From an uncultured Acetatifactor sp. (GTDB lineage Bacteria; Bacillota; Clostridia; Lachnospirales; Lachnospiraceae), in NCBI GenBank assembly GCA_910578215.1, contig CAJTPH010000023.1, forward strand, positions 2,953-66,952: a stretch of 64,000 bases of DNA, in the 5' to 3' direction. The translations under genes were made by a program, and so were the position numbers. Below the pieces are notes generated by a model. The model saw only the letters and a program-made list of their open reading frames with translations. It ran no database searches and had not been told where the DNA came from. Positions 36,383-46,379 of the stretch are shown here, piece after piece. Each line of letters opens with the position of its first letter. Position 1 is the stretch's first letter.

Positions 36383-37222
36383 ATGGTCAACATAATGCAA
36401 ATAGATATCAGGTGTGAGTACTGCGGGGTTGAGTACGATTACAAGATAAACAAAATCTGTCCCCACTGCGGGGGCGTCCCGTCCGGAACGCATGCGGCGG
36501 AGGCAAAAAAGCAGGCTCTTGCCCTTGCACGGGCAGCCAGGGCGAGGGAAGCAGAATCCGCCGCGGCCGCCAATGTTCCGGCAGCCGGTCCTGCGGCAGC
36601 CGCGGCGCCCACCGGCAGGTTCATGCGTTGCTTAATTAAGCTGCTTCCCGTATGGCTTCTTATTATCGTGTTGTCGTTTATTATTCCGGCAGCGGCGCAG
36701 CATGCCGTAAGCAGGTCGGCGGCGGCAAACCTGCAGGAAATCCATGAGCTTCCCTACGTGGATTACGCCATGGGCGAACAGATTACGATCGGCATCTATG
36801 ACCTGACGGTCATGTCTGCAAAGCTCGTGAACGACAGCCGCATATGCGATATCCTTCCCGAGGGATACGCGCTGCTGGCAGTCAGAATGTCCGGCACAGC
36901 CAGCAGCTTCCTGTATGAGGATTATCTCGCCTCCTTCGGCTCCTATAACAATACGCCCTATGTAACGGATGGCAGTACCTGCTACAGGCGCGTGGACGAT
37001 TACGCCCTTAAGAGCTATGACGACAGCTTCGCCCAGAATCCGTTTACCTTTTTCAGCCTGGGACCGGGAGATCCTTCCAACGGCTACATGTGCTACATAG
37101 TCAAAGCCGATTTTGATCATTTATATCTTTGTCTGGAAGAATTTGAAACCCTTTACCATACAAGGCATTTGACGCGGGTAAACCGTGTCAGGCTTGAGAT
37201 AGGCGGTGATAAAGATGTCTAA
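36383..37222 (+). CDS. Hypothetical membrane protein with N-terminal zinc ribbon
   Basis: CEYCG...CPHCG, Ala-rich linker, one TM, extracellular domain; start 36383 or 36395. Confidence 0.7.
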   Translation: MVNIMQIDIRCEYCGVEYDYKINKICPHCGGVPSGTHAAEAKKQALALARAARAREAESAAAANVPAAGPAAAAAPTGRFMRCLIKLLPVWLLIIVLSFIIPAAAQHAVSRSAAANLQEIHELPYVDYAMGEQITIGIYDLTVMSAKLVNDSRICDILPEGYALLAVRMSGTASSFLYEDYLASFGSYNNTPYVTDGSTCYRRVDDYALKSYDDSFAQNPFTFFSLGPGDPSNGYMCYIVKADFDHLYLCLEEFETLYHTRHLTRVNRVRLEIGGDKDV

Positions 37223-37706
37223 GGCTTACCCTTTCTGGCTGAAGGCCATTGCGGCAGCCGCAGCGCTGGCCGCTCCCTTATTTTTAACAGTGATGGCAGG
37301 CTCCCTGATAAGCATAAACGACCATTATGAATATTCCGAATTTTATGATTGGGAAATCATCGACGGCGAAACGGAAAAAATCGGCGAAAATGTCTATCGC
37401 GTGACTCTGACGCTGAAAAACCACAGCGCATACAGATTTACCCTGCAAAACTATGATATCCAGGTGAACTGCAACGGCAAACGGATCGACAAAAACAACT
37501 CCTCCATGCATGACAGTTATGTGCTGGAAGCACTCAAGGCTCCCATCCTGCCCGCAGGTCAGACAACAGAGTACAGCTTTGATATCACGCTGCCCCCAAA
37601 CGCGGAATATATAGAATTGGAGTATTACGGCGCTTCTTTTTCAAGAAGGGAATACCTGAATATGGACGAATTCCAGCGGCGGCTGTATCTGCTGGAGCTT
37701 GACTAA
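37215..37706 (+). CDS. Hypothetical membrane-anchored protein (Ig-like/DUF4352-like)
   Basis: N-terminal TM; VTLTLKN...ILPAGQTT..F motif; coupled to the upstream gene. Confidence 0.65.
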   Translation: MSKAYPFWLKAIAAAAALAAPLFLTVMAGSLISINDHYEYSEFYDWEIIDGETEKIGENVYRVTLTLKNHSAYRFTLQNYDIQVNCNGKRIDKNNSSMHDSYVLEALKAPILPAGQTTEYSFDITLPPNAEYIELEYYGASFSRREYLNMDEFQRRLYLLELD

Positions 37707-37777
37707 TTAAGAAGCAATAGAGGAATGATAAGAGAAAAATAGCATTGCAAAATAAATCAGCAGGAGGCAATATAATT

Positions 37778-39043
37778 ATGGCAAGAAAAAGCGGATCGGC
37801 AAATGTAAAGAAACGCAACATTATCGTGGGGCAGTCCGGCGGCCCTACCTCTGTTATCAATTCCAGCCTTGCCGGCGTGTACAAGACGGCCAAGGAGCGC
37901 GGCTTTCACACCGTATACGGCATGCTGCACGGAATTCAGGGCTTTTTGGATGAAAAGTATGTGGACCTTTCTACCCAGATTCATTCCGATATGGACATCG
38001 AACTGTTAAAGAGAACTCCTTCCGCTTTTCTCGGCTCCTGCAGGTATAAGCTTCCGGAAATCCATGAAGACCCTGCAATCTACGAGAAGATCTTCAGCAT
38101 CCTTGACAAGCTGGACATCGAAGCCTTTATCTATATCGGCGGAAACGACTCCATGGACACAATCAAGAAATTATCCGATTACGCCATTATCAAGGGGCAC
38201 TGCCAGAAATTCCTTGGCGTTCCCAAGACCATCGACAACGACCTGGCGCTGACCGACCACACACCCGGTTTCGGAAGCGCGGCAAAGTATATCGCGGCTT
38301 CCACCAAGGAGATTATCCGCGATGCGCTCGGTCTTGCGTACAACAAGAAAATGGTTTCCATCCTGGAGGTCATGGGGCGCAACGCAGGCTGGCTCACCGG
38401 CGCAACCGCCCTTGCCAAGACAGAGGAATGCGACGGACCGGATTTGATCTATCTTCCCGAGGTCACCTTTGATATCGAGCACTTCCTGAAAAAGACAAAG
38501 GAGCTTCTGACGAAAAAGGATTCCGTCGTCATAGCGGTATCCGAGGGTATTAAGCTGGCTGACGGGCGGTATGTATGCGAGCTGTCCGGCGGCGCGGATT
38601 ATGTGGACGCCTTCGGCCACAAGCAGCTTCAGGGCACTGCCGCATACCTGGCGGGCTTCCTTGGGGCGGAGCTTGGCTGCAAGACCAGAAGCATCGAATT
38701 TTCCACCCTGCAGAGAAGCGCCTCCCACATGGCTTCCCGGGTGGACATCAACGAAGCGTTTATGGTGGGAGGCGCCGCGGTCAAGGCCGCCGACGAGGGA
38801 GATACCGGCAAAATGGTGGTTATCGACCGCATTGCAGACGACCCTTACATGAGCGCCGCCGGCATCTACGATGTCCACCGCATTGCCAACGCCGAAAAGC
38901 TGGTTCCCAGAGAGTGGGTAAACAGAGAGGGAAATTATATAACCGCGGAATTTATCAATTATGTGGAACCGCTGATCCAGGGCGATTACCAGCCTTTCAT
39001 GGTAAACGGTCTCCCGCAGCATCTGGTTCTGCGCAAAAAGTAA
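37778..39043 (+). CDS. pfp: 6-phosphofructokinase, probably PPi-dependent
   Basis: GQSGGPTSVIN, GGNDS and PKTIDND (Asp/Lys pair associated with PPi use), EVMGRNAGW. Confidence 0.85.
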   Translation: MARKSGSANVKKRNIIVGQSGGPTSVINSSLAGVYKTAKERGFHTVYGMLHGIQGFLDEKYVDLSTQIHSDMDIELLKRTPSAFLGSCRYKLPEIHEDPAIYEKIFSILDKLDIEAFIYIGGNDSMDTIKKLSDYAIIKGHCQKFLGVPKTIDNDLALTDHTPGFGSAAKYIAASTKEIIRDALGLAYNKKMVSILEVMGRNAGWLTGATALAKTEECDGPDLIYLPEVTFDIEHFLKKTKELLTKKDSVVIAVSEGIKLADGRYVCELSGGADYVDAFGHKQLQGTAAYLAGFLGAELGCKTRSIEFSTLQRSASHMASRVDINEAFMVGGAAVKAADEGDTGKMVVIDRIADDPYMSAAGIYDVHRIANAEKLVPREWVNREGNYITAEFINYVEPLIQGDYQPFMVNGLPQHLVLRKK

Positions 39044-39105
39044 TTGGGGGCTCCCCCCTGTAAAGCGTCAAAACATTAAAATCAACCAATGAGAGGAACA
39101 GCGGG

Positions 39106-40251
39106 ATGAATTATCGGAGACTTGGCAAAACGGAACTGGTGGTCAGCGAGATCGGCCTGGGAGGCGAATGGCTGGAGCGCCACAGCTGCGATGAATGTAA
39201 AGAGATCATAGACTGTGCGGGAAAACTGGGTATTAACATACTTGACTGCTGGATGTCGGAACCCAACGTGCGTTCCAATATCGGCAGGGCGCTGGCTGGC
39301 AGACGGGAGCAATGGTTTATCCAGGGACATATAGGCTCCACCTGGCAGAATAGCCAGTATGTCCGCACCCGCGACCCGGAGAAATGCAGGGAGGCATTTG
39401 AAGACCTGCTATCCAGGCTGCAGACGGATTATATCGATCTGGGAATGATTCATTTTGTGGACCAGGAAAGCGACTGGGATGCCGTAATGAACGGCCCGTT
39501 TATTGAATATGTAAGAGAGCTGAAGACAACAGGGAAAATTCGCCACATCGGCATGAGCACCCACAATCCTGCCATGGCAATCAAGGCGGCCGAAAGCGGG
39601 CTGATTGAAATGCTGATGTTCAGTGTCAATCCCGCCTTCGACCTGCTTCCTCCCACTGAGGATATCGATACTTATTTTGCCGAGGAATACCAGACCGGCC
39701 TGGGCGGAATCGATCCTGTCCGCGCCAAAATGTACAGACTCTGCGAACAGAACGACGTGGGCATTACCGTGATGAAGCCCTATGCGGGAGGCCGCCTCTT
39801 TGACGAGAAGCGATCTCCCTTCGGTGTGGCTCTGACGCCTGTGCAGTGTATCCATTACTGTCTGACACGCCCTGCGGTGGCAGCGGTTATGGCAGGATAT
39901 GACACGCCGGAACAGGTGGAGCAGGCCGCTGCTTATGAGACCGCCACCCGGGAAGAAAAGGATTACGCCGGAGTCCTGGCAGTGGCTCCCCGCCATACCT
40001 TTGGACAGGGAGAGTGTACATATTGCGGCCACTGCAAGCCATGCCCTTCGGAAATCGATATTGCCATGGTAAATAAATACTATGACCTGGCTGCCATGCA
40101 GCCGGAAGTCCCCGCCACGGTAAAGGCCCACTATAATGCCCTGGAGCACCGCGCCGACGAGTGTATCGGCTGCAGAAGCTGCGAGGGCAGATGTCCCTTT
40201 GGGGTCAAAATAGCCGATCGGATGGCAAAGACGGCGGAGCTTTTCCGCTGA
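39106..40251 (+). CDS. Aldo/keto reductase with C-terminal 4Fe-4S dicluster
   Basis: YRRLGKTEL, LQTDYID, CTYCGHCKPCP and CIGCRSCEGRCP. Confidence 0.9.
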   Translation: MNYRRLGKTELVVSEIGLGGEWLERHSCDECKEIIDCAGKLGINILDCWMSEPNVRSNIGRALAGRREQWFIQGHIGSTWQNSQYVRTRDPEKCREAFEDLLSRLQTDYIDLGMIHFVDQESDWDAVMNGPFIEYVRELKTTGKIRHIGMSTHNPAMAIKAAESGLIEMLMFSVNPAFDLLPPTEDIDTYFAEEYQTGLGGIDPVRAKMYRLCEQNDVGITVMKPYAGGRLFDEKRSPFGVALTPVQCIHYCLTRPAVAAVMAGYDTPEQVEQAAAYETATREEKDYAGVLAVAPRHTFGQGECTYCGHCKPCPSEIDIAMVNKYYDLAAMQPEVPATVKAHYNALEHRADECIGCRSCEGRCPFGVKIADRMAKTAELFR

Positions 40252-40288
40252 CCGGCTTCCTCCCGAATCATGTATCGGCAGGGGCGCG

Positions 40289-40993
40289 TCAGTCAAACAG
40301 GATCTCCTCCACCGTTACAAAGGTATAGCCCTCGTCCATCAGCTCGTCTATGGCCTGCAGAGCTGCCGTCACGGAGGTGTCGTAATAGTCATGCATCAGA
40401 ATAATGCTGTCCTCCTTGGCCTTGCCCACGATTTTATCCACAATACAGGTAACATTGCTGGAACACCAATCCAGGGGGTCTATGTTCCACAGGACGGGAA
40501 ACATATTCAGCTCCTTCTCAAAGCTCTTGTCCCAGGAACCGTAGGGCGGGCGCACATACTGCACATCCTCCCCGATGATCTCCCTTAATATTTCATTGGT
40601 CTTTATCAGCTCCTGCTTGAATTTTTCCCGGTTTTTCTTTGTGAGCTGGATGTGGCTGTATGTATGATTACCTATGAGATGCCCCTCCTCCTGCATTCTT
40701 TTTATAATGTCCGGGTGAAGCTCCGCGTGCTCTCCCGTGACAAAAAACGTCGCACGGACGCCCCGCTCCTTCAGACCGTCCAGAAGCTGTTCGGTATAGG
40801 AGGGGTGGGGGCCGTCGTCAAAGGTAATTGCAATTTTTTTGATGTCGTCCGTGCTCTCTATCTTCTCAAGCTGCGATATCTGCACTACACCGCTGTCCGA
40901 GGTTACCGCCTTGCTTCGCAGCCCATATGCGCAGCAAAAGAGCATACCCGCTATCAGGTCAAACAGCAGAAATACCGTAACCGCCTTTTTCAT
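40289..40993 (-). CDS. Polysaccharide deacetylase (CE4/NodB)
   Basis: TFDDGP, NHTYSH, RPPYG, LMHD. Confidence 0.93.
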   Translation of the reverse strand: MKKAVTVFLLFDLIAGMLFCCAYGLRSKAVTSDSGVVQISQLEKIESTDDIKKIAITFDDGPHPSYTEQLLDGLKERGVRATFFVTGEHAELHPDIIKRMQEEGHLIGNHTYSHIQLTKKNREKFKQELIKTNEILREIIGEDVQYVRPPYGSWDKSFEKELNMFPVLWNIDPLDWCSSNVTCIVDKIVGKAKEDSIILMHDYYDTSVTAALQAIDELMDEGYTFVTVEEILFD

Positions 40994-41069
40994 AATTCGT
41001 CTCGTTTCACAACATATATTTTATACAATATATGCATCCCATGCCGCTGCAATTCCCCGTATCAGGCGC

Positions 41070-42509
41070 TTATTCTTTGGCCTCCAGCCGATAAATCACA
41101 AAATCATAGTACATATAATGAAAGGCAAGAGCCTCCTCATAGGCATAGCTTTCCGTGGCAAACTGCGGCGTATCTCCCGCAAAGGCAATATACCACAAAG
41201 CGCCCCCGCCCTTTAACTGATTAGGGTCAGTGAGGGAATCCGTATTTGCAAAGGGTAGACTGTAGAGCTTATACGGATATATATAATATTGATGGTCAGG
41301 GTGATACACGCTCATGAACATGGTATGAGGGCCGGTGGCAATGATCTCGTCCTGTTCTCCCACCTGCTCCTCCCAAAAGGTCTCAAAGGTCTTCAGGCCG
41401 CCGTCATAATCCAAAATAATTTCTTCCCTGTACTGTACCAGAAAACAGACGGCTGCCGCCGTCAAAATCCCCGCCTTCCACCTGAGCTGCTTCAGACGGC
41501 TTACGCCTGCCGCATAGAAAAGCATCAGGAAGCCAAAGCCTGAGAATACATATCTTCCCAGAAAGCAGTTATTCATAAAGGCCGAAATCAGCCCTCCGGT
41601 GAGTACCGTGAGTCCCAGCGCTCCCATGCCCACCGCCGGCCCATAATTCCTCTCTGCCCGCATCCAGTCTACCGCCAGATACCCCAGAACCAGACAGATT
41701 CCCATACCTGTAAACATCACGGGGCCCTTGGGCGTCTCCAGCGCGGAAAACCATTCCTTACAATAATCCATAAAGGAATAAATCGTTGCCAGCTCCGCAG
41801 TGGAGCCCGTATCATACTGCATCCGTTGAATCATCTGCCTGCAGGTGACCGCCAGCCAGGGCGAAAACGCAAGGGCAACAATGCCTCCGCAGATAAAAAA
41901 CGCCCTTATCTTTTGCTTATCCTTCCGATGCAGCAGCACCCCAAGGAAAAGCAGATAAAAGAAAAACGCCTGTATCATGGTAAACGTATGGCAGTAAACC
42001 GTACATATACTGACTACGCAGAACATACGCCATTTCCCGGGCGTTGCATCCAGATAAATATCATATGCCAAAAGCCCCATACAGGTGGTAAAAAATAATG
42101 CCGCGGCATACATTCTCACATTCCCTGCCTGTACGCTCATAATGGGCATCAATATGGAAAAAAGCATAAACCAGACCGAGAGCTTCTGCCCGAATAATTT
42201 TTTTACATAATATTTCCCCAGCAGCAGGTAGCCTTCCATAAAAAGAAGCGACAAGAGCTTCAGCTTCCAAAACTGTGTGCCTCCGCCCAAAAGATGATAA
42301 AATATTTTCAGGATAGAATAATAAAAGGGGGAATGGTCATCCACCACGGAGGTATAGAATAACCGCATCCATGACTGTGACACCATGGACGCCGAATATG
42401 CCTCATCATACCATAAATTGTCGGTAATACACAATGCTCCCCAGACAAGCAGCCCCACAACAGGCAGCGCATGCCAGATAATCGTATTCTTCTTTTCCGT
42501 ATTCATCAT
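41070..42509 (-). CDS. GT-C fold membrane glycosyltransferase (PMT/GT39-like)
   Basis: LWYDEAYS, DDHSPFYY, VRMYA, multiple TMs. Confidence 0.75.
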   Translation of the reverse strand: MMNTEKKNTIIWHALPVVGLLVWGALCITDNLWYDEAYSASMVSQSWMRLFYTSVVDDHSPFYYSILKIFYHLLGGGTQFWKLKLLSLLFMEGYLLLGKYYVKKLFGQKLSVWFMLFSILMPIMSVQAGNVRMYAAALFFTTCMGLLAYDIYLDATPGKWRMFCVVSICTVYCHTFTMIQAFFFYLLFLGVLLHRKDKQKIRAFFICGGIVALAFSPWLAVTCRQMIQRMQYDTGSTAELATIYSFMDYCKEWFSALETPKGPVMFTGMGICLVLGYLAVDWMRAERNYGPAVGMGALGLTVLTGGLISAFMNNCFLGRYVFSGFGFLMLFYAAGVSRLKQLRWKAGILTAAAVCFLVQYREEIILDYDGGLKTFETFWEEQVGEQDEIIATGPHTMFMSVYHPDHQYYIYPYKLYSLPFANTDSLTDPNQLKGGGALWYIAFAGDTPQFATESYAYEEALAFHYMYYDFVIYRLEAKE

Positions 42510-42605
42510 ATTATCAATCTCTCATTCAGCTCCGTTTATCATATTTTCGGCACAAAATTCCCGGATTATCCGGATTGTATGCGGCAATTCGGCGCCGCCC
42601 TTTTT

Positions 42606-44450
42606 CTACTCAAACTGCGCGTTATAAAGCCGCCTGTAAACGCCCTGGGCCGCCATCAGCTCCCTGTGGGTGCCCTGCTCCACCACCTCTCCGTTGTCAA
42701 CCACCAGGATAAGGTCGGCATTTTCAATGGTGGAGAGCCTGTGGGCAATGACAAAGCAGGTCTTGCCCTCCATCAGCTTCAGCATCGCCTTTTGAATCTG
42801 TCTCTCGGTCCGGGTGTCAACATTTGAGGTCGCCTCGTCCAGTATCAGCATTTTTGCGTCCAGAAGCATGGCGCGCGCAATGGTCAAAAGCTGCTTCTGC
42901 CCCTTGGAAATATTGGTTCCCTCATCCGTAAGCACGGTGTCATAGCCCTCCGGAAGGCGCTTGATAAAGGAATGGATATGCGCCGCCCGGGCCGCAGCCT
43001 CCACCTGTTCCCTGGTTGCCCCCTCCTTGCCGTAGGCCAGATTTTCATAAATGCTTCCGTAAAACAGCCATGTGTCCTGCAAAACCATGGCATACGCCTT
43101 GCGCAGGCTCCGCCTGGTCAGGCTGCCCGCCTCCTTCCCGTCCACCAGAATCCGTCCGCTGTCCGGGTCATAAAACCGCATAAGCAGGTTAATCAGGGTG
43201 GTCTTGCCTGCGCCTGTAGGACCTACGATAGCGATCAGCTTACCGGGCTGTGCCGTGAAGCTCAGATCGTGAATAATGGTTTTTCCCGGAAGATAACCGA
43301 AGCTTACATGATCCGCCCTCACCTCTCCGGACACCTCGCTCAGCTCCTCCGCACCCGCCATGTCCGCGGGCTCCGGCTCCTCGTCTATAAGACGGAACAC
43401 TCTCTCCGCCGCGGCAAGGGCGGACTGCAGCTCGCTGAAAATATTTGCCGCCTCGTTAATGGGTCCCGAAAATTTGCGGGAATACAGCACAAAGGAGGAG
43501 ATGTCTCCCACCCTCATATGCCCGGCAAGGTACAGTAAAGCGCCGAACACGCTGATCAGCGAAAGCGACAGATTATTGATAAAGTTTACACAGGGGCCCA
43601 CCACACTTCCGTAATATTCCGCGCGGTAATAGGCGTCCACCGCCTCTTTGTTCTTTTTGTTAAAGCGATGCTGGGTATATTCCTCCCGACCGTAGGCCTT
43701 CAGCGTTTTCTGCCCCGTTATCATTTCCTCCACAAAACCGTTCATTGCCCCCAGCTTGGCGGAGCGCAGCCTGAAAAGCGGTCTTGTCCTGCCGGTAATA
43801 TATTTTGTAATCAGGACGGACATGGGCACGGTCACCGCAAAAACCAGCACCAGCACGGGCGATATGGTAAGCATCATCACCAGGGCGCCCACCACCGTGA
43901 TCACCGTGGTAAAAAGCTGCACCAGATCGTTTGACAGGGACGCGTTCACCGTGTCGATGTCGTAGGAGATCCGGCTGATAATATCGCCGGTCTGATGTAT
44001 GTCAAAGTATCCCACCGGCAGGGTCATCAGCTTCTCAAACACATCCTGGCGCATCCGGTATACGACCTTTCGGCTGATTGTCAGCATCAGCACCTGCAGG
44101 CCGTAAGCCATCAGCGCCGATATCACATAAAACGCCGCCATCCATGCCGCGTAGAGAAATACGGTCCGGAAATCCACCGCCCCCTCCCCAAGCTCGATGG
44201 CTCCGATACACAGCCCTGTGAGCTTGGGACCTATCAGAGAGAACAGATTACTGCCCAGGGTACAGATAATAGCCGCCAGCAGCAGCCATTTATAATGCAG
44301 CATATATTTTCCAAGCCGCAGAATGGTTCCTCTGGTATATCTTCTTTGGTACTGCTCCCGGTTCTCCCTCCCCGCGTTTTGGTCCGGTCCCTGTTCTTCC
44401 TTCCCCGCGTTTAATTGGGTTACCGGGCTTTTATTTACTTTACCGCTCAT
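42606..44450 (-). CDS. Heterodimeric ABC exporter, consensus subunit (TM288-like)
   Basis: GPTGAGKTT, ISKGQKQLL, LDEATS, AHRLST. Confidence 0.93.
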   Translation of the reverse strand: MSGKVNKSPVTQLNAGKEEQGPDQNAGRENREQYQRRYTRGTILRLGKYMLHYKWLLLAAIICTLGSNLFSLIGPKLTGLCIGAIELGEGAVDFRTVFLYAAWMAAFYVISALMAYGLQVLMLTISRKVVYRMRQDVFEKLMTLPVGYFDIHQTGDIISRISYDIDTVNASLSNDLVQLFTTVITVVGALVMMLTISPVLVLVFAVTVPMSVLITKYITGRTRPLFRLRSAKLGAMNGFVEEMITGQKTLKAYGREEYTQHRFNKKNKEAVDAYYRAEYYGSVVGPCVNFINNLSLSLISVFGALLYLAGHMRVGDISSFVLYSRKFSGPINEAANIFSELQSALAAAERVFRLIDEEPEPADMAGAEELSEVSGEVRADHVSFGYLPGKTIIHDLSFTAQPGKLIAIVGPTGAGKTTLINLLMRFYDPDSGRILVDGKEAGSLTRRSLRKAYAMVLQDTWLFYGSIYENLAYGKEGATREQVEAAARAAHIHSFIKRLPEGYDTVLTDEGTNISKGQKQLLTIARAMLLDAKMLILDEATSNVDTRTERQIQKAMLKLMEGKTCFVIAHRLSTIENADLILVVDNGEVVEQGTHRELMAAQGVYRRLYNAQFE

Positions 44451-46255
44451 TCCACTCCCCCCTCTCCGGTCTGGGTTCTGCTTATCTCGGCATAAACCTC
44501 ACAGCCTTTCATAAGCTCCTCGTGGGTGCCATAGCCGATGGGCTCTCCGTCCTGAAGAACCAGAATATGGTCCGCGCCGCGGATAGAGCTTACCCGCTGT
44601 GCCACGATCACAAGGGTAGTTCCCTGAAAATGCTCCTTGATTCCCCTGCGCAGCTGTGCGTCCGTGCGGTAATCCAAAGCGCTGGAGGAATCGTCCAGTA
44701 TCAGAATCTCCGGTTTTGCGGCAAGGGCCCTGGCAATGAGCACACGCTGCTTCTGTCCGCCGCTTAAATTTGCTCCCTTGATATTCAGGGCCTCTCCTGC
44801 CTTGTCGGAGCGGCTCTCCACAAACTCGCTGGCACGGGCATACAAAAGCGCCTCCTGAATCTGTTCCTCGGTCATATCCCTTCCCAGGCTCACATTTCCC
44901 GCGATGGTATCCTCGAAAATAGTATCGTTCTGAAACACTACCCCAAACTTTTTCTTAAGCTCCTCCGGCCGATAGCTGCGCACGTCCCTGCCCGCAATAC
45001 GGACACAGCCCTGGTCTACATCGTACATCCGCATCATCAGGTTGATAACGGTGGACTTTCCGGACCCTATCTCCCCTATGATTCCCAGCGTTTCTCCCTT
45101 TTTGATATGAAAGCTTAAATCTCTGATGTTTGCGCTTTCCTGATTAACGGCGGTTTCCGATGCACTGCCCGCCGTGCCGTCAATGCCCTTTTTGCTTTTA
45201 ATATAAGAAAAGGTCACATGTTCAAAAGCAATTTCTGCGTCCGCCCCGTCTCCCGGCTCCATATAGATATCCTCCGCCACTTTCATATCATCCCCGCACT
45301 CCAGCACCTGCCAGATACGGTTCCCTGAGGCGATCGCCTTGGAGAGAACGGTGAACATCTTTGAAATAGACAGCATGGCGTTTAAAATAATGGTAAAATA
45401 GGTGGTAAACGCAAGGATCTTACCCACATCAGAGGTTCCCGCGTTCACCCTGTAAGCCCCCACCAGGATAACGCCTACCAGCCCCAGATTCAGCAGTATG
45501 TTCATGGAAGGATTGATAACCGCCATCACCATGCCGTTTTTCCGCTCTCGCTCCACCACATCTTTATTGATAGAGCGAAACTTCTCCGTCTCATAATCGG
45601 ACTTGGACAACGCCCTGATGACACGCATGCCCGCGATATCCTCCCGCACCATACGGACAAACCGGTCGTTCGCCTCCTGCAGGCCCGCATACATGGGAAT
45701 GCTGCGCCTTGACACATATACCGTGATAAATCCCAGCACCGGCAGCGTAGCCAGAAGCACACACGCCATGGCTGCATCAAGGGTGAAGGTGACAAAGATG
45801 CCCCCGATTAAAAGTATGGGAGCACGCACCCCAAGCCTCTGTACACGTCCCAGCATTTGATGCACATTGTAGGTGTCCGAGGTCATTCTGGAAATCAAAG
45901 AGGGCTTGGTAAAGGAATCCGTCTGAGCGTTGGACAGATACATGGTCTTTGAAAACAGGTCATGCCGAATCCTCTCGGTAGCGTCGCTCGCCACTCTGGA
46001 CGCCATACGGTTGGCAATAATATTAAACGACACGGCGCATATGGAGCATACGATCATCAAAAGTCCCCATAACAGAATCAGGCGCCTGTTTTCCATAGGA
46101 ATCACCGAATCAATAATATGTGCCAGAATATAGGGGATACACAGATCCATGATCGTTCCCACAAACTTAACCAGGAATCCCACTCCCATCCGCCCAAAAT
46201 AGGGCTGTAAATACTTCAATACAATCTGCTTCAATTTTCTACCCTGCTTTCCCAT
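44447..46255 (-). CDS. Heterodimeric ABC exporter, degenerate subunit (TM287-like)
   Basis: GEIGSGKS, LSGGQKQR, LDDSSS (Asp for catalytic Glu), AQRVS (Gln for His); start near 46255. Confidence 0.92.
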   Translation of the reverse strand: MGKQGRKLKQIVLKYLQPYFGRMGVGFLVKFVGTIMDLCIPYILAHIIDSVIPMENRRLILLWGLLMIVCSICAVSFNIIANRMASRVASDATERIRHDLFSKTMYLSNAQTDSFTKPSLISRMTSDTYNVHQMLGRVQRLGVRAPILLIGGIFVTFTLDAAMACVLLATLPVLGFITVYVSRRSIPMYAGLQEANDRFVRMVREDIAGMRVIRALSKSDYETEKFRSINKDVVERERKNGMVMAVINPSMNILLNLGLVGVILVGAYRVNAGTSDVGKILAFTTYFTIILNAMLSISKMFTVLSKAIASGNRIWQVLECGDDMKVAEDIYMEPGDGADAEIAFEHVTFSYIKSKKGIDGTAGSASETAVNQESANIRDLSFHIKKGETLGIIGEIGSGKSTVINLMMRMYDVDQGCVRIAGRDVRSYRPEELKKKFGVVFQNDTIFEDTIAGNVSLGRDMTEEQIQEALLYARASEFVESRSDKAGEALNIKGANLSGGQKQRVLIARALAAKPEILILDDSSSALDYRTDAQLRRGIKEHFQGTTLVIVAQRVSSIRGADHILVLQDGEPIGYGTHEELMKGCEVYAEISRTQTGEGGVE

Positions 46256-46304
46256 TTTGTCCCAAAGGCACTGCCTGCAATGCATGCGCCGGGAACAACC
46301 TAAA

Positions 46305-46335
46305 GCCGGACAGCACACCCCGTGTACTGTCCGGC
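46305..46335 (-). terminator. Stem-loop after the MCP gene
   Basis: gccggacagcacac-ccc-gtgtactgtccggc followed by TTT on the minus strand. Confidence 0.6.
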
Positions 46336-46379
46336 AACCCTGTTTATTCTATCTGCAAAGCATTGCAGCGCCTCGATCG